The notes below the pieces were generated by a model, which did no database searches, was not told where the DNA came from, and was given only the letters and a program-made list of their open reading frames with translations. From contig OX597832.1 in assembly GCA_951406725.2 (NCBI GenBank), positions 65,286,001-65,350,000 of the forward strand: a DNA stretch of 64,000 nt, in the 5' to 3' direction. Position 1 is the first letter of the stretch; each line of letters starts with the position of its first letter. Source of the DNA: Octopus vulgaris (Eukaryota). Below are positions 39,944 to 55,432 of this stretch, in pieces. Both the position numbers and the translations under genes were made by a program.

Positions 39944-40200
39944 TCATCATCATCATCGTTTAACGTCCGTTTTCCGTGCTAGCACGGGTTGGACAGTTTG
40001 ACCGGGGTTTGAGAAGCCAGGAGGCTGCACCAGGATCCAGTCTGATCTGGCAGTGTTTCTACAGGTAGATGCCCTTCCTAACGCCAACCACTCTGTGGGC
40101 GTAGTGGGTGCTATTTTTCGTGCCACCGGCACAGGTGCCAGGCGGGCTGGCAGCGGCCACGATCGGTTGGTGCTTTTTACGTGCCACCAGCACAGAAGCC
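39944..40200 (-). mobile_element. SINE/LINE 3' end (family 5) with (GAT)n tail
   Basis: Minus strand GTTGGCGTTAGGAAGGGCATC..TCCAACCCGTGCTAGCACGGAAAACGGACGTTAAACGATGATG. Confidence 0.7.
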
Positions 40201-40318
40201 AGTCAAAGCGGCGCTGCAATCCGCCACGTTCGGATGGTGGGTTTTACGTGCTGAAAGGAAGCAACAGAAAGTAACAACCACACTCTTACCCGCGCGTAGA
40301 GCGGGTCACCTTCAGCTA

Positions 40319-40400
<82 letters not shown>

Positions 40401-41129
40401 GTATGTATATCAATCAATAAAAAGAAGAGAAAGGAAATCCTTTAAAGCATCTTTAATCATCAGTTACCAATGTGTTCGTACCATCTTCATTTGCAACGCC
40501 ACTTTACGCCAACATTCTAAATGAAAAGTTACATAATATTTGCGGTTTTAGGCATTGAAGAGGCACTTACTTAGACTTGCATCATAAGCATAATTATATA
40601 CATATAGAAACGTGTGCAATTCAATCGTTCCACGGAAAAAACATATCCCTCCAATATATAAACATATATACCCACACATATACATACATATATGTATCCG
40701 ATCCTTATATTCTGAATTCCAATCTTTACTAAGTCAGCTTTCCTTTTTATTCTTCTGGGGTTTATAACGAAAACTACGACTTAACTAGTTGAGTTGATGA
40801 CAGCAATTAAATCCTCAAAAGCAGTCACACCTTGTGTCTATGTTAGAGGCCATTATTGAAAGTGCCACGCCATTCCTACATATTTCATTCGTTGTCCTAG
40901 ATTTCATTTCCCAGGATAAAATCTATCTTTCGGCGTTTAAATGTGACCCCTTGCTCCGTTCGTATTGATGCTTGATAACTGACCTTAAGAAATTTAAATT
41001 TGCGATACACATAAATATGCATGCACGTATACGAATGTACACACACACACACAAATACACACACATATGCTTGCGTGTGTGCCGTTAAGTCTGTACAAAT
41101 ATATATATATATATGTGCATACACACACA

Positions 41130-41172
<43 letters not shown>

Positions 41173-41858
41173 CATATACATATATATATACCTATATGTA
41201 TACATATTCACACACATATGCGTATATCTCATACGTATTATATGGCTAAAAAACTAGATATGCACATGTGTGTGCAGTTGCAAATGGGGAAAAATGATTG
41301 TGTGTATGTGTGTTTCCACCATCTGAGTGTATGCACCATAAAAATATATTTATGGTAGTCTCAAATTGATTTTACTGCAAAGCGCAGAAAAAGGTTCCAC
41401 ATTATCTTACTTTTTTCTCATTCTCATCGCCCACCTCCACAATAAGCCATCACCCCCAACATCATTCCCCTCCCGTCAGCAACACCACCACCACCACCAC
41501 CTCCACCACTTCTAGCACAAACCCACTTCCACTACCTACGCAGCCTTCGCTAATAAAAATTTTCCATATATTATTATTTCCACATATTATTGTACCGTAT
41601 TAATATTAATATATTTAAGTTGCATTTTGTTAGAGTTAATACTTGTGCTGTTGATGCTACTGCAGCTGGATGTGTAGTATATTTTTGATTCTTCATCTTC
41701 TTCACATTGTTTCGTCTTCAGAGACTTACAATACATCGACTGATATATTACACATAATTGAATCTACTTCGGAAATTGGCTGAAATCATATCTAGCAGTA
41801 ACAATGAGATATATATATACATATATATATATAATATATATATATATATATACATATA

Positions 41859-41906
<48 letters not shown>

Positions 41907-41972
41907 CATGTTTATGTATATGTATGTATATATATATGTGTGTGTTTGTACGCGTGTAAACATATATATGTA

Positions 41973-42023
<51 letters not shown>

Positions 42024-42412
42024 CAATATGATATATATATGTTTATATATATTATACTATATTATATATATTTGTGTATATGTATTTATGCATACAGAGA
42101 AAGACGATGAAAGAATGTGAGTGAGATAAATTTTGCCGTTTATTTATTTATATGTATATCTAAGGGGGGTATATTTATATAATCGCGCCATCTACAGACA
42201 AATACGTAGACAACTTTGCAAGAATTCCAAGTCAATTTCAAAAGAACAGCATATACCGATTGCGAAAGAAATGGTGCACAATGTCATATCCATGGATTGG
42301 TAACACCGCATATACATGAATATACATATAAGCATACACACATATACCACAAGAGGTCAATATATTTGCAGTAACATGCATACATACGTTTCTTTTGCTC
42401 CTCTTCGATCTT

Positions 42413-42458
<46 letters not shown>

Positions 42459-42559
42459 GCACTCTTTGACTCTTTCTCTCTCTGGCTCGATATATATATA
42501 CACATACAGGTGGTATATATATATATATATATTTATTTATTTATATATATACTTACAAC

Positions 42560-42945
42560 ATGTGTGGTAAGTAGCATGTTTCCGGGTCCAGTTCCTTTAC
42601 GCGGCACCTTGGGCAAGTGTCTTCTACTATAGCCAGGGCCGACCAAAGCCTTATGACTGGGTTTGGTTGACGGAAACTGAAAGAAGCGTGTCGTATATAT
42701 ATGTTTGTGTGTGTGTGTATGTGTGTGTGTGACTATGTATCTGTGTGCTTGTGCTTGACCGTCCACCATCTCCTGAAAACCGATGTTGTTGGCCTTACGT
42801 TCCCGTAACTTAGTGGTTCGTGAAAAGAAATCCATAGAATAAGTGCCAGGCTTATAAAGAATAAGCCTTAGGGTCAATTTATTCGAATAAAGTTGCTTCT
42901 CCAGCATGGCCGCAGCCAGATGACTGAAACAAATAAAAGAAAAAA
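42560..42945 (+). mobile_element. Family 1 SINE
   Basis: Homologous to 1960-2350 in the opposite orientation. Confidence 0.8.
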
Positions 42946-42948
42946 GGC

Positions 42949-43007
<59 letters not shown>

Positions 43008-43008
<1 letters not shown>

Positions 43009-43385
43009 GAGGCTGAATCAAAAGGTAATGCCATTTTGTTTAAGACTGGTATAATTACCAGCACAGGAACATGTATCATACATCAAAATGAACCTCGTCC
43101 TCTGTGGATCACATCCCTACTTCTGAACATATTCACCGTTTCTCTCAATAGCAATGTTCAACCTTCGAATGAGAACTTGCCTCTCTGCCCCGTAAAATTC
43201 TGTTGACTGTTCTTTGAGCCACTTATTCACTACAGGTTTCACTTCTTCGTCACTGGAATAATTTAGCCGTCAGACTATCATCTCTCCGGCCACATGAAAG
43301 AGGGTTTGAGAGGCAAACTTTATTCCAGCGATGAGGAAGTGAAAACTCTAGTGAGGATTAGGGTTTGGGAAGTGGCTCACCCTCG
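43008..43385. mobile_element. mariner-derived non-autonomous element with internal inversion
   Basis: TA-CGAGG.. and ..CCCTCG ends. Minus strand EVKPVVNKWLKEQSTEFYG..IERNGEYVQK and plus strand HMKEGLRGKLYSSDEEVK are both mariner C-terminal pieces. Confidence 0.75.
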
Positions 43386-44052
43386 TGTATATATATATTA
43401 TGGAATAATATATGTTTCATATGTTTCATAGCTAGTTGAACCTCGCAAGCATTAATTGCGCAGACGTGAAGCAGGAGGTTCGATCGAAAATGTTCCTAAA
43501 AGTTGTTTTTTACACCTTCTATGGACTCCTCGAAACCTACTAACTTCCTACAATTTGTTACCTGGATCCTACCTTTATATATATAATAGCCTAAATGTAT
43601 AGATAGGCAAAGAACTGTAATCTGTTTAGATTATATCATTTATATATCTAATTATTTATACAAAATATACAAAGAAACAAAAGTTTCATGAGTTTAAGGC
43701 ACAAGTGATCAATGAAATGTCGATGCAGATATCTTCTTAATGATTGTGATAATTTGTTTATATACATATAATGTAACTCCACAGTATTTATATTATATAG
43801 CATGGTAAGGCAGGATATGATTGGTAAAAAGCCAAAATTGCAAAAGAAGGAAAGTGTACACATGTTTTCTTACAGCTGTTACGACATAAATCGAGCTGTT
43901 TTTGCAATTCCCTGCAAGTAGTGTGCAACCAATCCTCAGTTAGGAAGCTATAACATTTCTGCAGCTTTAGCTGCTGGTCAATGAAGTTTACCTTGCAAGT
44001 CAAAGTCAATACTAATTGTACGCACTTAAAATCTTAACCCGTAAAGCATATA

Positions 44053-44114
<62 letters not shown>

Positions 44115-44120
44115 CACACA

Positions 44121-44165
<45 letters not shown>

Positions 44166-45083
44166 TATCCATCCATTTCGTGTCTTTTCATTCCGTTAAA
44201 TTTTGCAAATTTTGCTACCGTCTGGTTCAGTTTACGTTTGTTAACTAGACCGTCGAAAATAAATACGACCGTATATCTTAATATAACATCGGAACATAAC
44301 TAACACTTCTTTGACGGTACTCGAATCATTCATGGTTCGCTTACTCGATGAATGTTCCCAAAAGCGCCGACAATAAAATTCATTCCAAATATTCGTTTAT
44401 GGAATCAGATTAATCCAGTAAATGCTGTCTGACATTTCCCATGACTACCTGCCTGCAATATATAAAATTGCTTTATTCTGCTAGATTACCTTAATCAATT
44501 GTTGTTAGGTAGGCTGCTGTATAAAATGTGTTAATAAATATGATATTCCTTGCGTTGATGCACTTCCAAAACAAATGTTATTTTCGGTAGTTTCGCGCGA
44601 TAAATGTTACCCATATTCAACACTAATACAGTCATGTATATACACAAGTACACACGCATATATACATACCTACGGGTCTCTCCCTCTCCTTTCTCACTAC
44701 CTCTTCCTCTCCTTTCTCTCTCCCTCTCCTTTCTCTCTCCCTCTCCTTTCTCTCTCCCTCTCCTTTCTCTCTCCCTCTTCCTTCTCTCTCTCCTATCTCA
44801 CTTTATATGCCTGTTTATAGTATATATATATATATATAGAATATGTATATAATGATATACCATATATATATTTATATATATATATGGTATGTAATTATGT
44901 AGGCGTATAGGTACACATATACACCTTTGTATCTATGTCTATCAACTTATATACTTAACTATCTTTATTATATATATATGTGTGTGTGTATGTATACACA
45001 CACATACACACACACACTTATATATCGTATATATCCAAATATGCATACTTCTTTGTATGCAACCATGTATCTAGCTATGTCTA

Positions 45084-45149
<66 letters not shown>

Positions 45150-45243
45150 CCTATCTATCTATATATCTATCTATCTATCTATCTATCTATCTTATTGTTT
45201 ATGTCTGTCTCTCTATATATCTATGTATCTACCTATCTATCTA

Positions 45244-45300
<57 letters not shown>

Positions 45301-46099
45301 ATGTCTGTCGTTCCATATTAGTTATGTACATACACACACATATTCACTGAATGCTGAGTCAATGCGAAGCGCCACCTGCCGTTTCGCACTCTGGATAATC
45401 AAGCGGCCAATAACTACGTTATGATAGACGTCCTTTTATATTCACTCAGACGTTTGATGTATGAGTATTTATGGAAAACCTTCTAGCGGTATGTAAATGA
45501 TAGTTTCCTGTTAGCAATCTGAAATACCGAATAAAAGCTTCATCACATCCCAATTTAGATTAATATTAGCCCAAACTACACCATTTTATTGAATAATTCT
45601 TCCCAATTGTTTTCAATCAAAGCAATATAATGTTAAATAACATGAAAAAATGTTTGTATGCGTTTTACGTTTTAAATAGAGTGTCTGTCTAATGTAGTTA
45701 TAGTTGTCTAAATCCTTGTCTGAAATTAGACTTACGTATTTTGATAAGGGAAAGTACTTTTCGGATATTATGATATTAGATACAATCAGGCTGAAAAAGT
45801 GAAGAAAAATAGACACAAATTGCCACATGACACGTGAAAGACATGAAATAATAGTTCAGATCGGCAAGAGAGGGCCCTTAAATCATGTACAATTCGTTTC
45901 CCATGGCGTATATGGGACAGCGTATTCCTCAATGAATTACAACTGAAATGTCGATATGGTCGTGTCTGGAATTGTTACTATGCTACATGAAACAAACTTT
46001 CAATCGTAACGCAGGACCAATGGTAATCTAGCGTTCGCCAACGGCAAAATTAACGGAGTTTGATTCAGATATGGATGTGCGGTTAAGAAACTGAAGTTT

Positions 46100-46285
46100 T
46101 AGCACAAAGCAAAGAATTCTCTAGGTGTGAAGTAAGTCGATTACATCAATCGGAGTGCTAAGCTGGGATTTATTCTATCGAAGACAAAGTCGAGCCCACC
46201 GAAATTTGAATTCAGAACGTTAAGACAGACGAAATGCCGCTAAGCACTTTGTCAAACATTCTAACGATTCTACCAGATCGCCGCA
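46100..46285 (-). mobile_element. Family 3 SINE, diverged
   Basis: AAGTCGATTACATC..CAAAGTCGA..GAAATTTGAATTCAGAACG..CTAACGATTCTACCAG. Confidence 0.65.
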
Positions 46286-47025
46286 CACACACAGCAAACA
46301 CACACACACAATCACACATACACACACACACGCACGGACACGCACAGACGTACACACACATGATTATAGATATGCGTATGCGTGTGTGTGCGGGTTATGT
46401 CACAATAACATAGAAGTTCTGCAAGGAAACCAATAGAATTATTGACAACTAGGAGTACCGGGTTTATTTTTTTTGAGTAATCTCTCTTAGGCGGTGCTCC
46501 AGCTCGGCTACATTCCAATAACTGAAACATGAAGAAGATAAAATACATAGGAAAGTATATGATTACGTAGATAACTTAAAATTAAGTAATTAAAATTTAA
46601 TCCAGTTTTAGAAAAGACATATCCATTACGCTAAGGAATATTTCTGTTAACTTTACAATTCAGCTTTCATGCAGCTGGCGTGCCTGGGTAGTTCTTCCCA
46701 TCAGTCATCATAATGAAATATATGTGTGTGTGACATAAAATGCAATGTAGCTCTGAAGCAATTTGAGACATGGAAGAAATATTTCCATTTAGTCAAACAA
46801 CAAACTATTAGAGAGGCAATGTTTTGTTGGTAACGTTTAACATGATTAGGAAGTAACAACAAGCAAAGGTGAATTTCATCAGAAGAATCGCTTTATATAT
46901 TGGTATATTACAGATCACATCACGAATAGTAAATTACAAAGTATTGAGATACCGCAGGAGATTCTTTATAGGAAACACACATACGCACACGACCATTCAT
47001 ACAGATATGCATATAGACTCAAACC

Positions 47026-47070
<45 letters not shown>

Positions 47071-47864
47071 ATGTGTATATGTATGTATATATATAGATAA
47101 AGAGTGTGAGAGAAAATACATTAGTATATATATGTGTTTGTGAATATGTGTTGTTAGTGTGTATAAATGTGTATATAAATTTGTTTATAAAAATGTATAT
47201 ATAAGCATGTCCATATACATGTATGCATGTATGTATATGTATGTATATGTGTGTGTATGTATGTGGATACAAATGTATGTGTGTGTGTTGGTGTGTATTA
47301 GACAGCGAAAGCAAACGAGAGACCCGCAGAGAGTCAAACAGAACGAATGAGATTGATACAAAGATATATAGGAAGTCGACAGAGAATAGAAATAGAGAGA
47401 AGGAGAAAACGAAGGTCTAGAATGGTGCTAAGGGTGGAGGGGTGGGGAGCTGCGAAAACACCCATTGATCACAAAATCGAATCAACAAAATATATTGCAT
47501 CCATTTGTATAAGGCTCGGCATTATTGTTAGCAAAATTTAGAATTAGGCGATATTAAAAGACATCGGCACACCATAATGCGTTTGATGTCGAGCTTCTCC
47601 AATATTAATCTAAATAGGAATATTCTATGTTCTTCGGAAATATTTATGTGGGAACGAACTAGTGTTTACTGGAATGGTGTGGTCATATAGATTGTTTCTT
47701 CCTCGAACAATCCTATTGCGTTTCAACAGGGTTATTGAGATATAAATTGTCCATTTTACTTGACGAACTGTGTCGGCCATATGAAAACTCACACACTCGT
47801 ACAGGCGCTGCCATTATGACACATATGCATACATACATATGTATATATATTCATACATACATAC

Positions 47865-47897
<33 letters not shown>

Positions 47898-47987
47898 CGT
47901 GTGTGTGTGTGTATGTGTGCGTATGTGTGTGTGTGTCTGTGTCTTTGTATACGCGCACTTATATTATAAATGCGTAATGTGAGTGTG

Positions 47988-48018
<31 letters not shown>

Positions 48019-48288
48019 GTGTGTATTTATGTATGTGTGTATATATAAATGCGTATGTATTCTCTGCTTCTGTTGCGTGTCCTTCAATCTTTGCACTGCG
48101 CCAATGCTGGGGCACCAACTAGTAGTTTTTAGAGAATTTAGATAATCAAATTGAAATAGTATTGGTAAGTTGGTAAGAATGGTAACTATTCCGTCGCTTT
48201 TTTGTACATATATACATATCTACCAATCAATGTAAGTACGTATGTAAGTGTGTATGTATATATGTATGTATGTAAATATGTATGTATG

Positions 48289-48322
<34 letters not shown>

Positions 48323-49249
48323 TGTATGTATGTATGTATGTATGTATGTATGCATGTATGTATGTATCTGTCTATCTATACCCACACAGAAACTCAGCGA
48401 CCCCTATGCACACATCCGCATATACACACATATATATATTAAAGAGCAAGTGAAAAATCAAGTACCAAAGAGAAAAACGAAACGAGCGGGGTGGATGCAA
48501 TGAGGCAATGGATGTGGGTAGGGAATAGAAATAGAGAAGCCGATATATTAGTTATTCGTCTCTTTTCAAAATGAATGTATTTGATGTCATGAATAAATAT
48601 ATCGTTAATACGTATATCATGAAATGTAGAGAGTGTCACGAATAACAATTTGCCCACGCGCGCACACACGCATATGTATCAATATATTTTTATGAATATA
48701 TAACAAGAAAGAGAGGGAGGGGAAAGAGAGGAAGAGAGGGGTAGAGAAAAACAGGCATAGGTGGACAGTTGAACAGACAATATGCAATTAGCTATGTTTG
48801 TATAAGTATATTATGCAAAAAAAAATGTATTAAAATTATTTCATATTTATGTCTTGTAGTGTGAAAATTTTCATGACTTCGCTGCAATCTATTCACTATC
48901 AATTTAAGAATTATTTGAAAATGCCTACAATGAATCCGGCGTCCATCTGGATAGCTAAAGCGACATTTTTCACAATGTGATTGCTTTATTTACAATTCAT
49001 ATGTCTCAGACTTAATTCTTTGTTGGAGAAATAGACATCCGGAGCACAATCACGTGCACACATACCTGTGAATTAATATCCGCAGATGTTTATGATTATC
49101 TATACTCATATATGACAAGCGAGAAATGGCGCAATCGTTAGAGTCGGACAAATATGTGGTAATCATTATGAATCTTTACATTCTGAGTTCCATACTTGCT
49201 GAGGTCAGCTTTGGTTTCATTATGTTGGGGTCAGTAGAATTCAGTATCA

Positions 49250-49841
49250 TTCATTAGACTGTGGCCATGCTGGAGTATCGCCCGCCTTGAACGGTTTTGA
49301 GTCGACTGAATCGATCCTAGTATATATATTTTTTTAAAGCTCGGTACTTATTCTATCGGTCTCCTTTCCGAAGATCATCGGAAGGTAAACACACCAACAC
49401 CAGATTTCTACCGGTGCCAGAGGACAAATGCAGACATAGAAACAGGAACAAATGAATAGAGATTTTGCTTTTATGCTTTACTTGATTCAGTAATTTGATT
49501 GCGGACATACTGGGGCATCGCCTTGAAGGAGTTTAATCAAATTGATCAACCCCTGGACTTATTACCTTAAAGCCTAGTACTTATTCTATCGGTTGCGTTT
49601 GCCGAAGTGCTAATTTACGGAGAGGTAAACACAACATCGGTTGTCAAGCGATGGTGGGAGAAACACACACACACACACACCTGCGCGCGCGCACACACAC
49701 ATCTACCAAATCCACTCATAAGGCTTTGGTGGGCGTGTGGCTACATAAGAAGAAATTTGCCCAAGTGCCCACGCAGTAAGACTGAACCCAGAACCATGTG
49801 GTTGGGAAGCAAGTTTAATACCACACAGCCACGCCTGCGCC
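49250..49841 (-). mobile_element. Two tandem family 1 SINE pieces
   Basis: GTACTTATTCTATCGG occurs twice. Head ..ACCACACAGCCACGCCTGCGCC at about 49820-49841. Confidence 0.75.
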
Positions 49842-51272
49842 TCTATATTCAACTTTCAATTTCTCTAAGACACTGCCACGTATTGCGTTCAGTACTTTAC
49901 GAAACAAGTGTGAATTTCAAGGAATTCGGAAATAATCAACTATTAGAATATATTTTAAGTGTTGCCATCATCACAAACATAGTCTTGTGTTTGTACCAAA
50001 AATCAATATTCCTCGGAACTTTCATCTCTTGTCAACAATTGATATTACGATGATTCTTCCATTTATTTCTGCTCGTTAGCGCTGCCATATTATAACGACA
50101 CATTCATTATACTTCCCATAATATTCATTTTCATTAGCCATGATTGATGTAATATTGTGTGAAAACCTATATTTTTTCATAAATACCCGTTCCATTTCCG
50201 CCAAATTTTCACTTCATATTCATTAATTTAAAACTTATGCTATCCACTTCTGTTTTCAGTGTGTTTTTCCAACAATATTCAATTAATTAATTAATGAAAA
50301 TTAAGTATTTCGGAACACACATGCAAATATGTACAAAATACTCTGTGTAAACACAAAACATTACTGTCGTTTATTGACTCACAGCGTATCAATCCTCGTT
50401 TGAGAAGAGAGCATTTTTTTCTGTCTAAGAAAGAGAGGTTTTCGCGTAATACATTCAAAACACAAGTCCAGTCTTATATTCTTCCGTAACATGTTTTCAG
50501 ATTGATTTGCCAAGAAACAAAACGGAAACTTATTTCCAGCATATTTTCTTCAAGCTTCCCGACACGGTTCATATTGGTTGCTGTTCACTATGTATCCAGT
50601 AACACAGTTGTTCTTTGTCGTAACACTCCCTTTATTTTTTGTTTAAGTGTACAATATGTATAAATATTAAACTATTTCTGGATAATTTCTTTTCCCCCCT
50701 CTATTGTGGTAAAAGTTTGGTATATACTCAAAAGTATTCATAAATTTCTATCCCTTTGTTATAATATTCTCCTTAACAATCATCTGAATAACCCTAAACT
50801 TTAACTGTATACAATATAGCAACATTGTTTACAATATCTATATGATGAGAATTCCCCTGTTTCATTATCAAGGGTCGGCTAGTGGGTGACTCCCTTAATT
50901 GTCAGCTAACATCTTGTTTTAAGTTTTCCTTTCCCAAATCTCATGATATTGCTTCTAATAAATCTTCATTTTTATGACTATACCAAATATGATTTCTGTC
51001 TGCTCCCTCAGCCCTAACAGATACTGCCCCTTTGTTCTTTCAGCCTTAGATAAACAAGGATTTGATAAATCTATAAATTCTATAAAGTCTATAAATTAAA
51101 ACTGACACCATAAAAACAAAAACTCAGTGACAGGCTGAGTCTGTAACAATCTATATTTTGTTGATACTTTTGTAGCATGTTCTTTATCTATATCCTTAAC
51201 TTCTTGGAGATTTTAGGTATAATTATACTAATGTATTCCATCTGTTTTAATTCAATTGAATTCTATGTGTTT

Positions 51273-51361
51273 ATGCAGCTGAGAATTGCTCTGCATTTTA
51301 AACTGAAGTAATGATTGCATTGTTCAATTAAATAGAGTTGCATGAAACGTTCGTACCGCAT
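51273..51361 (+). ncRNA. Degenerate type I hammerhead with long stem II
   Basis: AUGCAG CUGAGAA ..CUCUG-(~35 nt)-UAGAG..CAU GAAAC GUUC GUA CCGCAU, ending ~35 bp before (TA)n. Core position 8 is broken. Confidence 0.5.
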
Positions 51362-51394
51362 TACCTCTGGATATACTTGTTGTTTATTTTGATC

Positions 51395-51434
<40 letters not shown>

Positions 51435-52151
51435 GACTGAGGATATCTTCAAAGTCACTGTCAATACACTTCGTATTAAAGAATAATAAAATTTTCAATA
51501 CAAAATGTATTGACAAATCCATCGACCAAATGCAAAATTCCTCTTACTGCAACGTAAAAAAATGAACATTGAAATTGCAACCACTTGGTTCTGCTTCCAA
51601 TGCGCCTGCACAGCATGTTGGGCTTCTGTCTCTCACTATATCCCCGGGCCGACCAATACCTTGTGACCGAATTTGGTTAAGGGAAACTGTGTAGAAACCT
51701 GTGACCTTGATATAATTAAGGCAGCTTCGGTTTGATGTGTATGCAGCTACCCAAATTTCACTAATCAATACATCAGATGATCCGCTAGCTAGGAAGCATG
51801 TGGAGCTAGGATTTCCCCTGTTCCACTCCCTCAAATTGGATTTTTATTCGCATTCATTGCAGATCTTGTTGCTAAACAATGAGCTATACATAATATTTTC
51901 AGCTTATTGAAGCCAATAAATTATTATTGTTCTGAAACACTGTTCTTTCAACATACCACGGAGTGCTGGAAGCTTACAAACTTCCTACGCTTAGATCCTG
52001 GGATCTTACTATTATATATCAATACACACACGCACTCGCGCGCGCACACACAAACACATATATTATATATATACATATGTATTTATATATGTATATATAT
52101 ATATTTGACGAACTGGTCGGTCAAGGTGATATCAAGGTGATATATATATAT

Positions 52152-52226
<75 letters not shown>

Positions 52227-52967
52227 TGTATATATGTACGTATGTATGTATATATATATATAGCGTGTATGTGTCTCATTATGGATATATATATATATAT
52301 ATATATATATGCGTTTTTGTTTTCGCATCTATTATGTCTGTGTCTAAATGTGCTTCCATATTCTAATCTCAAATGAGTGTGTGTTCGTCGGTGTTCGCGT
52401 GCGATTATATAACTGTCTGTGTGAGCTGATTGATATGTGTACACTTCTAAGATGGCTTTATCTAGTTGTCCTCGCATGGAACATAATATCACAACACTGA
52501 AGGTTTCCATTAAAAGCGGCTGTCAAATTAACGCTCAGGGATATGACTTTAAATGCTCTCAGATTGAGTTTTATCTGTTAATATGCATAATAACCGTTCG
52601 TTCTTGGAATATTATAGAACATATAGCTAAGTAGTGTAGACTAGAATACACATATATTTTTGTATACTCATATGCACACAGACACAAGAACAGATACACA
52701 TGCACACATATATCTACAGATACATAGAAAGAGAGAGAAAGAAGCTTAGACACACATATATGCCTATATACATAAGTAGGAATGGATGTTTATATGTATG
52801 CATCTACCTCGTTGCGTACATACATTTAGAGACAGATATACTGATATTAAGAGATCGATATATGAGGGTACGTCGTATAATTAGTAACGTTTGTATATTT
52901 AGTAACGAAAGAAATTTTTTTACTGATAGTGAATTTGCTGGTGTGTGCGGGTGGATATATATATACA

Positions 52968-53176
52968 CAGGGTTGGCTAAAATTCACCTGACACTAAATC
53001 GAAACCAATTTAATTTCAAGATTAAAACAAAAAATTATTTTATCTGAGATTTCGCTAATAAATAGCATATATTGAAAAAAATCCTGCTGAATTTAACTCA
53101 CAACATTCAATTATTAAACATACATAATTAGAATGAATAATTTAAATTGAGTATGTCGGGTGACTTTTGGTCAAAC

Positions 53177-53179
<3 letters not shown>
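52968..53179. mobile_element. Tc1/mariner-type MITE
   Basis: 26-bp imperfect TIRs CAGGGTTGGCTAAAATTCACCTGACA and TGTCGGGTGACTTTTGGTCAAACCTG, in TA context. Confidence 0.8.
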
Positions 53180-53219
<40 letters not shown>

Positions 53220-54842
53220 AACAATGGGGATGTAAATTGCAATAAAAAGCATCAGGTACGGCCAATTGTAATAGTAGTAATACTTATAATATAGCTAACG
53301 CGAAAACAACGTCAGAACTGCCATATATGTAAATAAATATGATAAATGCTGATGCAGAGAGAAATGAAAATGCCCATTGATGAATCCCTGTATGAGTACA
53401 AATCTTGTATACAAATGCACTGTTCACACAAGGGGAGGGCCGTATGTTTACACAGGGTAGACGGCTGATTCATTTAAGAATCCCTATCGCAACCATGTCT
53501 CCAGTTTTAAGAAATTCAATAAGACACATTCAACATTTTTGACCGATTTTGTATGGCGACTGAAGGAGGATAAAATAACATAACTTGGTTCACGCGAAAC
53601 TATACAATATCATTTCCAGAAGATGCCGACTCTGCTCCGGAGAATCCCTGCATACTCTGAGGACCAATGACAAGATTGTTAATAGAATTTCTGAAAGACT
53701 CTCAATATATCTATACGCATATAATCGTACTTTCGCACAAGGTAGTTGGAATGAATTAGAGTAACTGTAGACATAATTTACTTTAAGGTATGGATTAATT
53801 AAGATTAGTTTAAACCTCGCCATTTTTATAAACAAGTAGCTATATAACCCGCTTTGTAATCGTGAGTGCACCTAACCACTCATGTACGCATGCTTACATT
53901 TTCGTGGATGCTTGTGTGAGCGAGTGTACACGCACCATGCAATTTGCGCGTGGACGTTTATACATCCATATTTGTTCATGGTTATTTTTAATACTTTTCT
54001 GTATTGCGTGTTCGTTTCTTTTTTGCATCCGTGATTTTATTTTTGATCTCCTATATAAATGAAGGAAATTTCCTTCGTTTTGATGCTTTTCTTTCTATGA
54101 AATAAGAAGATACATTGCGAGACTGTTATTTTAATGAATTGTACCTATTCCTCACCCGAATAGACACATCTGCAACGCCGGATGCTGCTAAGCCAGCTGT
54201 TAGGTGTCTCACCCGTGAGGGATCGATAATAAAAGGGTCGAAACAATTGTTGTGCTTAATTATAAATTCTCGTATATTGCTTCCGTCTTTCTTGGACAAT
54301 GCCGTAAGGAAGGGAGTTTCATTTTGCAATCCATGCTTGCATTTCTTGCGGAACTCTTGAGATGAAGAGATCTAGTTTTGTTTGAAGTTACCTTCATCAA
54401 ACCCCATATATGTCGCTGAAGCTTTTTGTGAAGATATCGAAGGACTGTGGGGCATTGAAACTCAAGCTGCTGCAGTATCTGGTCACGTTCCTTGATGGTA
54501 ATATTAGACTTTGTGGTGGCGCTTTTTGCCGTTTGTCCAACTTCCAGAGCCAAAGTTTGATACAGTTCTTTCCAGATGGGTCCAGAGTCACATACTGCAT
54601 ATCATCCTGCCCTCGTTCAAGGTAGTAGAGTTTTAACTCGTGTCCAGTAGCTCATCTTCCGCACCGAGGCAATCGTCTTTACGTTGCTTCGCTGGATTGT
54701 TCCGAGCTCTGCCGTTACTTTTAACCGTGTTGTGTCTGTAGTTGGGTGCAGTATCCTCAAACGGCTGCGGACATATATCATCTAGAGAATCATCATGGTT
54801 TCTCCTTTCTTCCCTCATTCAGAATGTTCTAAGGATCCATAT

Positions 54843-54873
<31 letters not shown>

Positions 54874-55218
54874 CATAATCATATACATGATGGCTGCCCC
54901 CTCGTTATCGAGTATGGCCATTGCATGAAGCTTAACTGTTATTGGTGCTGTGATCGAATGTGACTTTTATTTGCCTTTTAAGGTTACAGCCAGCCATTCA
55001 GTTGTGACTCACAGCACCATCAACAATCATGAACAATGTTGTTATCGTGCAATGCCTGTGCAAGCAGTGAGGAAAGGGTGTGCTCAGAGCCAATCCCACT
55101 CGCTAAGCAACAGCAGCCATAATCCGAAAAGAAGAACAAGTCAAGACCATTGGTAACCACTGAGCCGCGGGTTTTATACATATACATACATACATACATA
55201 CATACATACATACATACA

Positions 55219-55281
<63 letters not shown>

Positions 55282-55353
55282 TCAATGACTGAAACCGGTT
55301 GTTTTTGATAAAATTATTTTAGCATTTTCTATCTTGACTTTTTCCATATATAC

Positions 55354-55424
<71 letters not shown>

Positions 55425-55432
<8 letters not shown>

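Larger units (their letters stand above)
36991..40319 (+). mobile_element. 3.3-kb non-autonomous Helitron with cargo
   Basis: 5' TCTATATATAAAAC at 36991. 3' hairpin ACCCGC-GCGTAGA-GCGGGT (40288-40306) and CTAG at 40316-40319. (TA)n on both sides. Pairing of the two ends is inferred. Confidence 0.65.

Noticed and set aside
44676-44795. CT-rich ~17-21-bp tandem repeat
   Set aside because: Ordinary degenerate (CT)n expansion.
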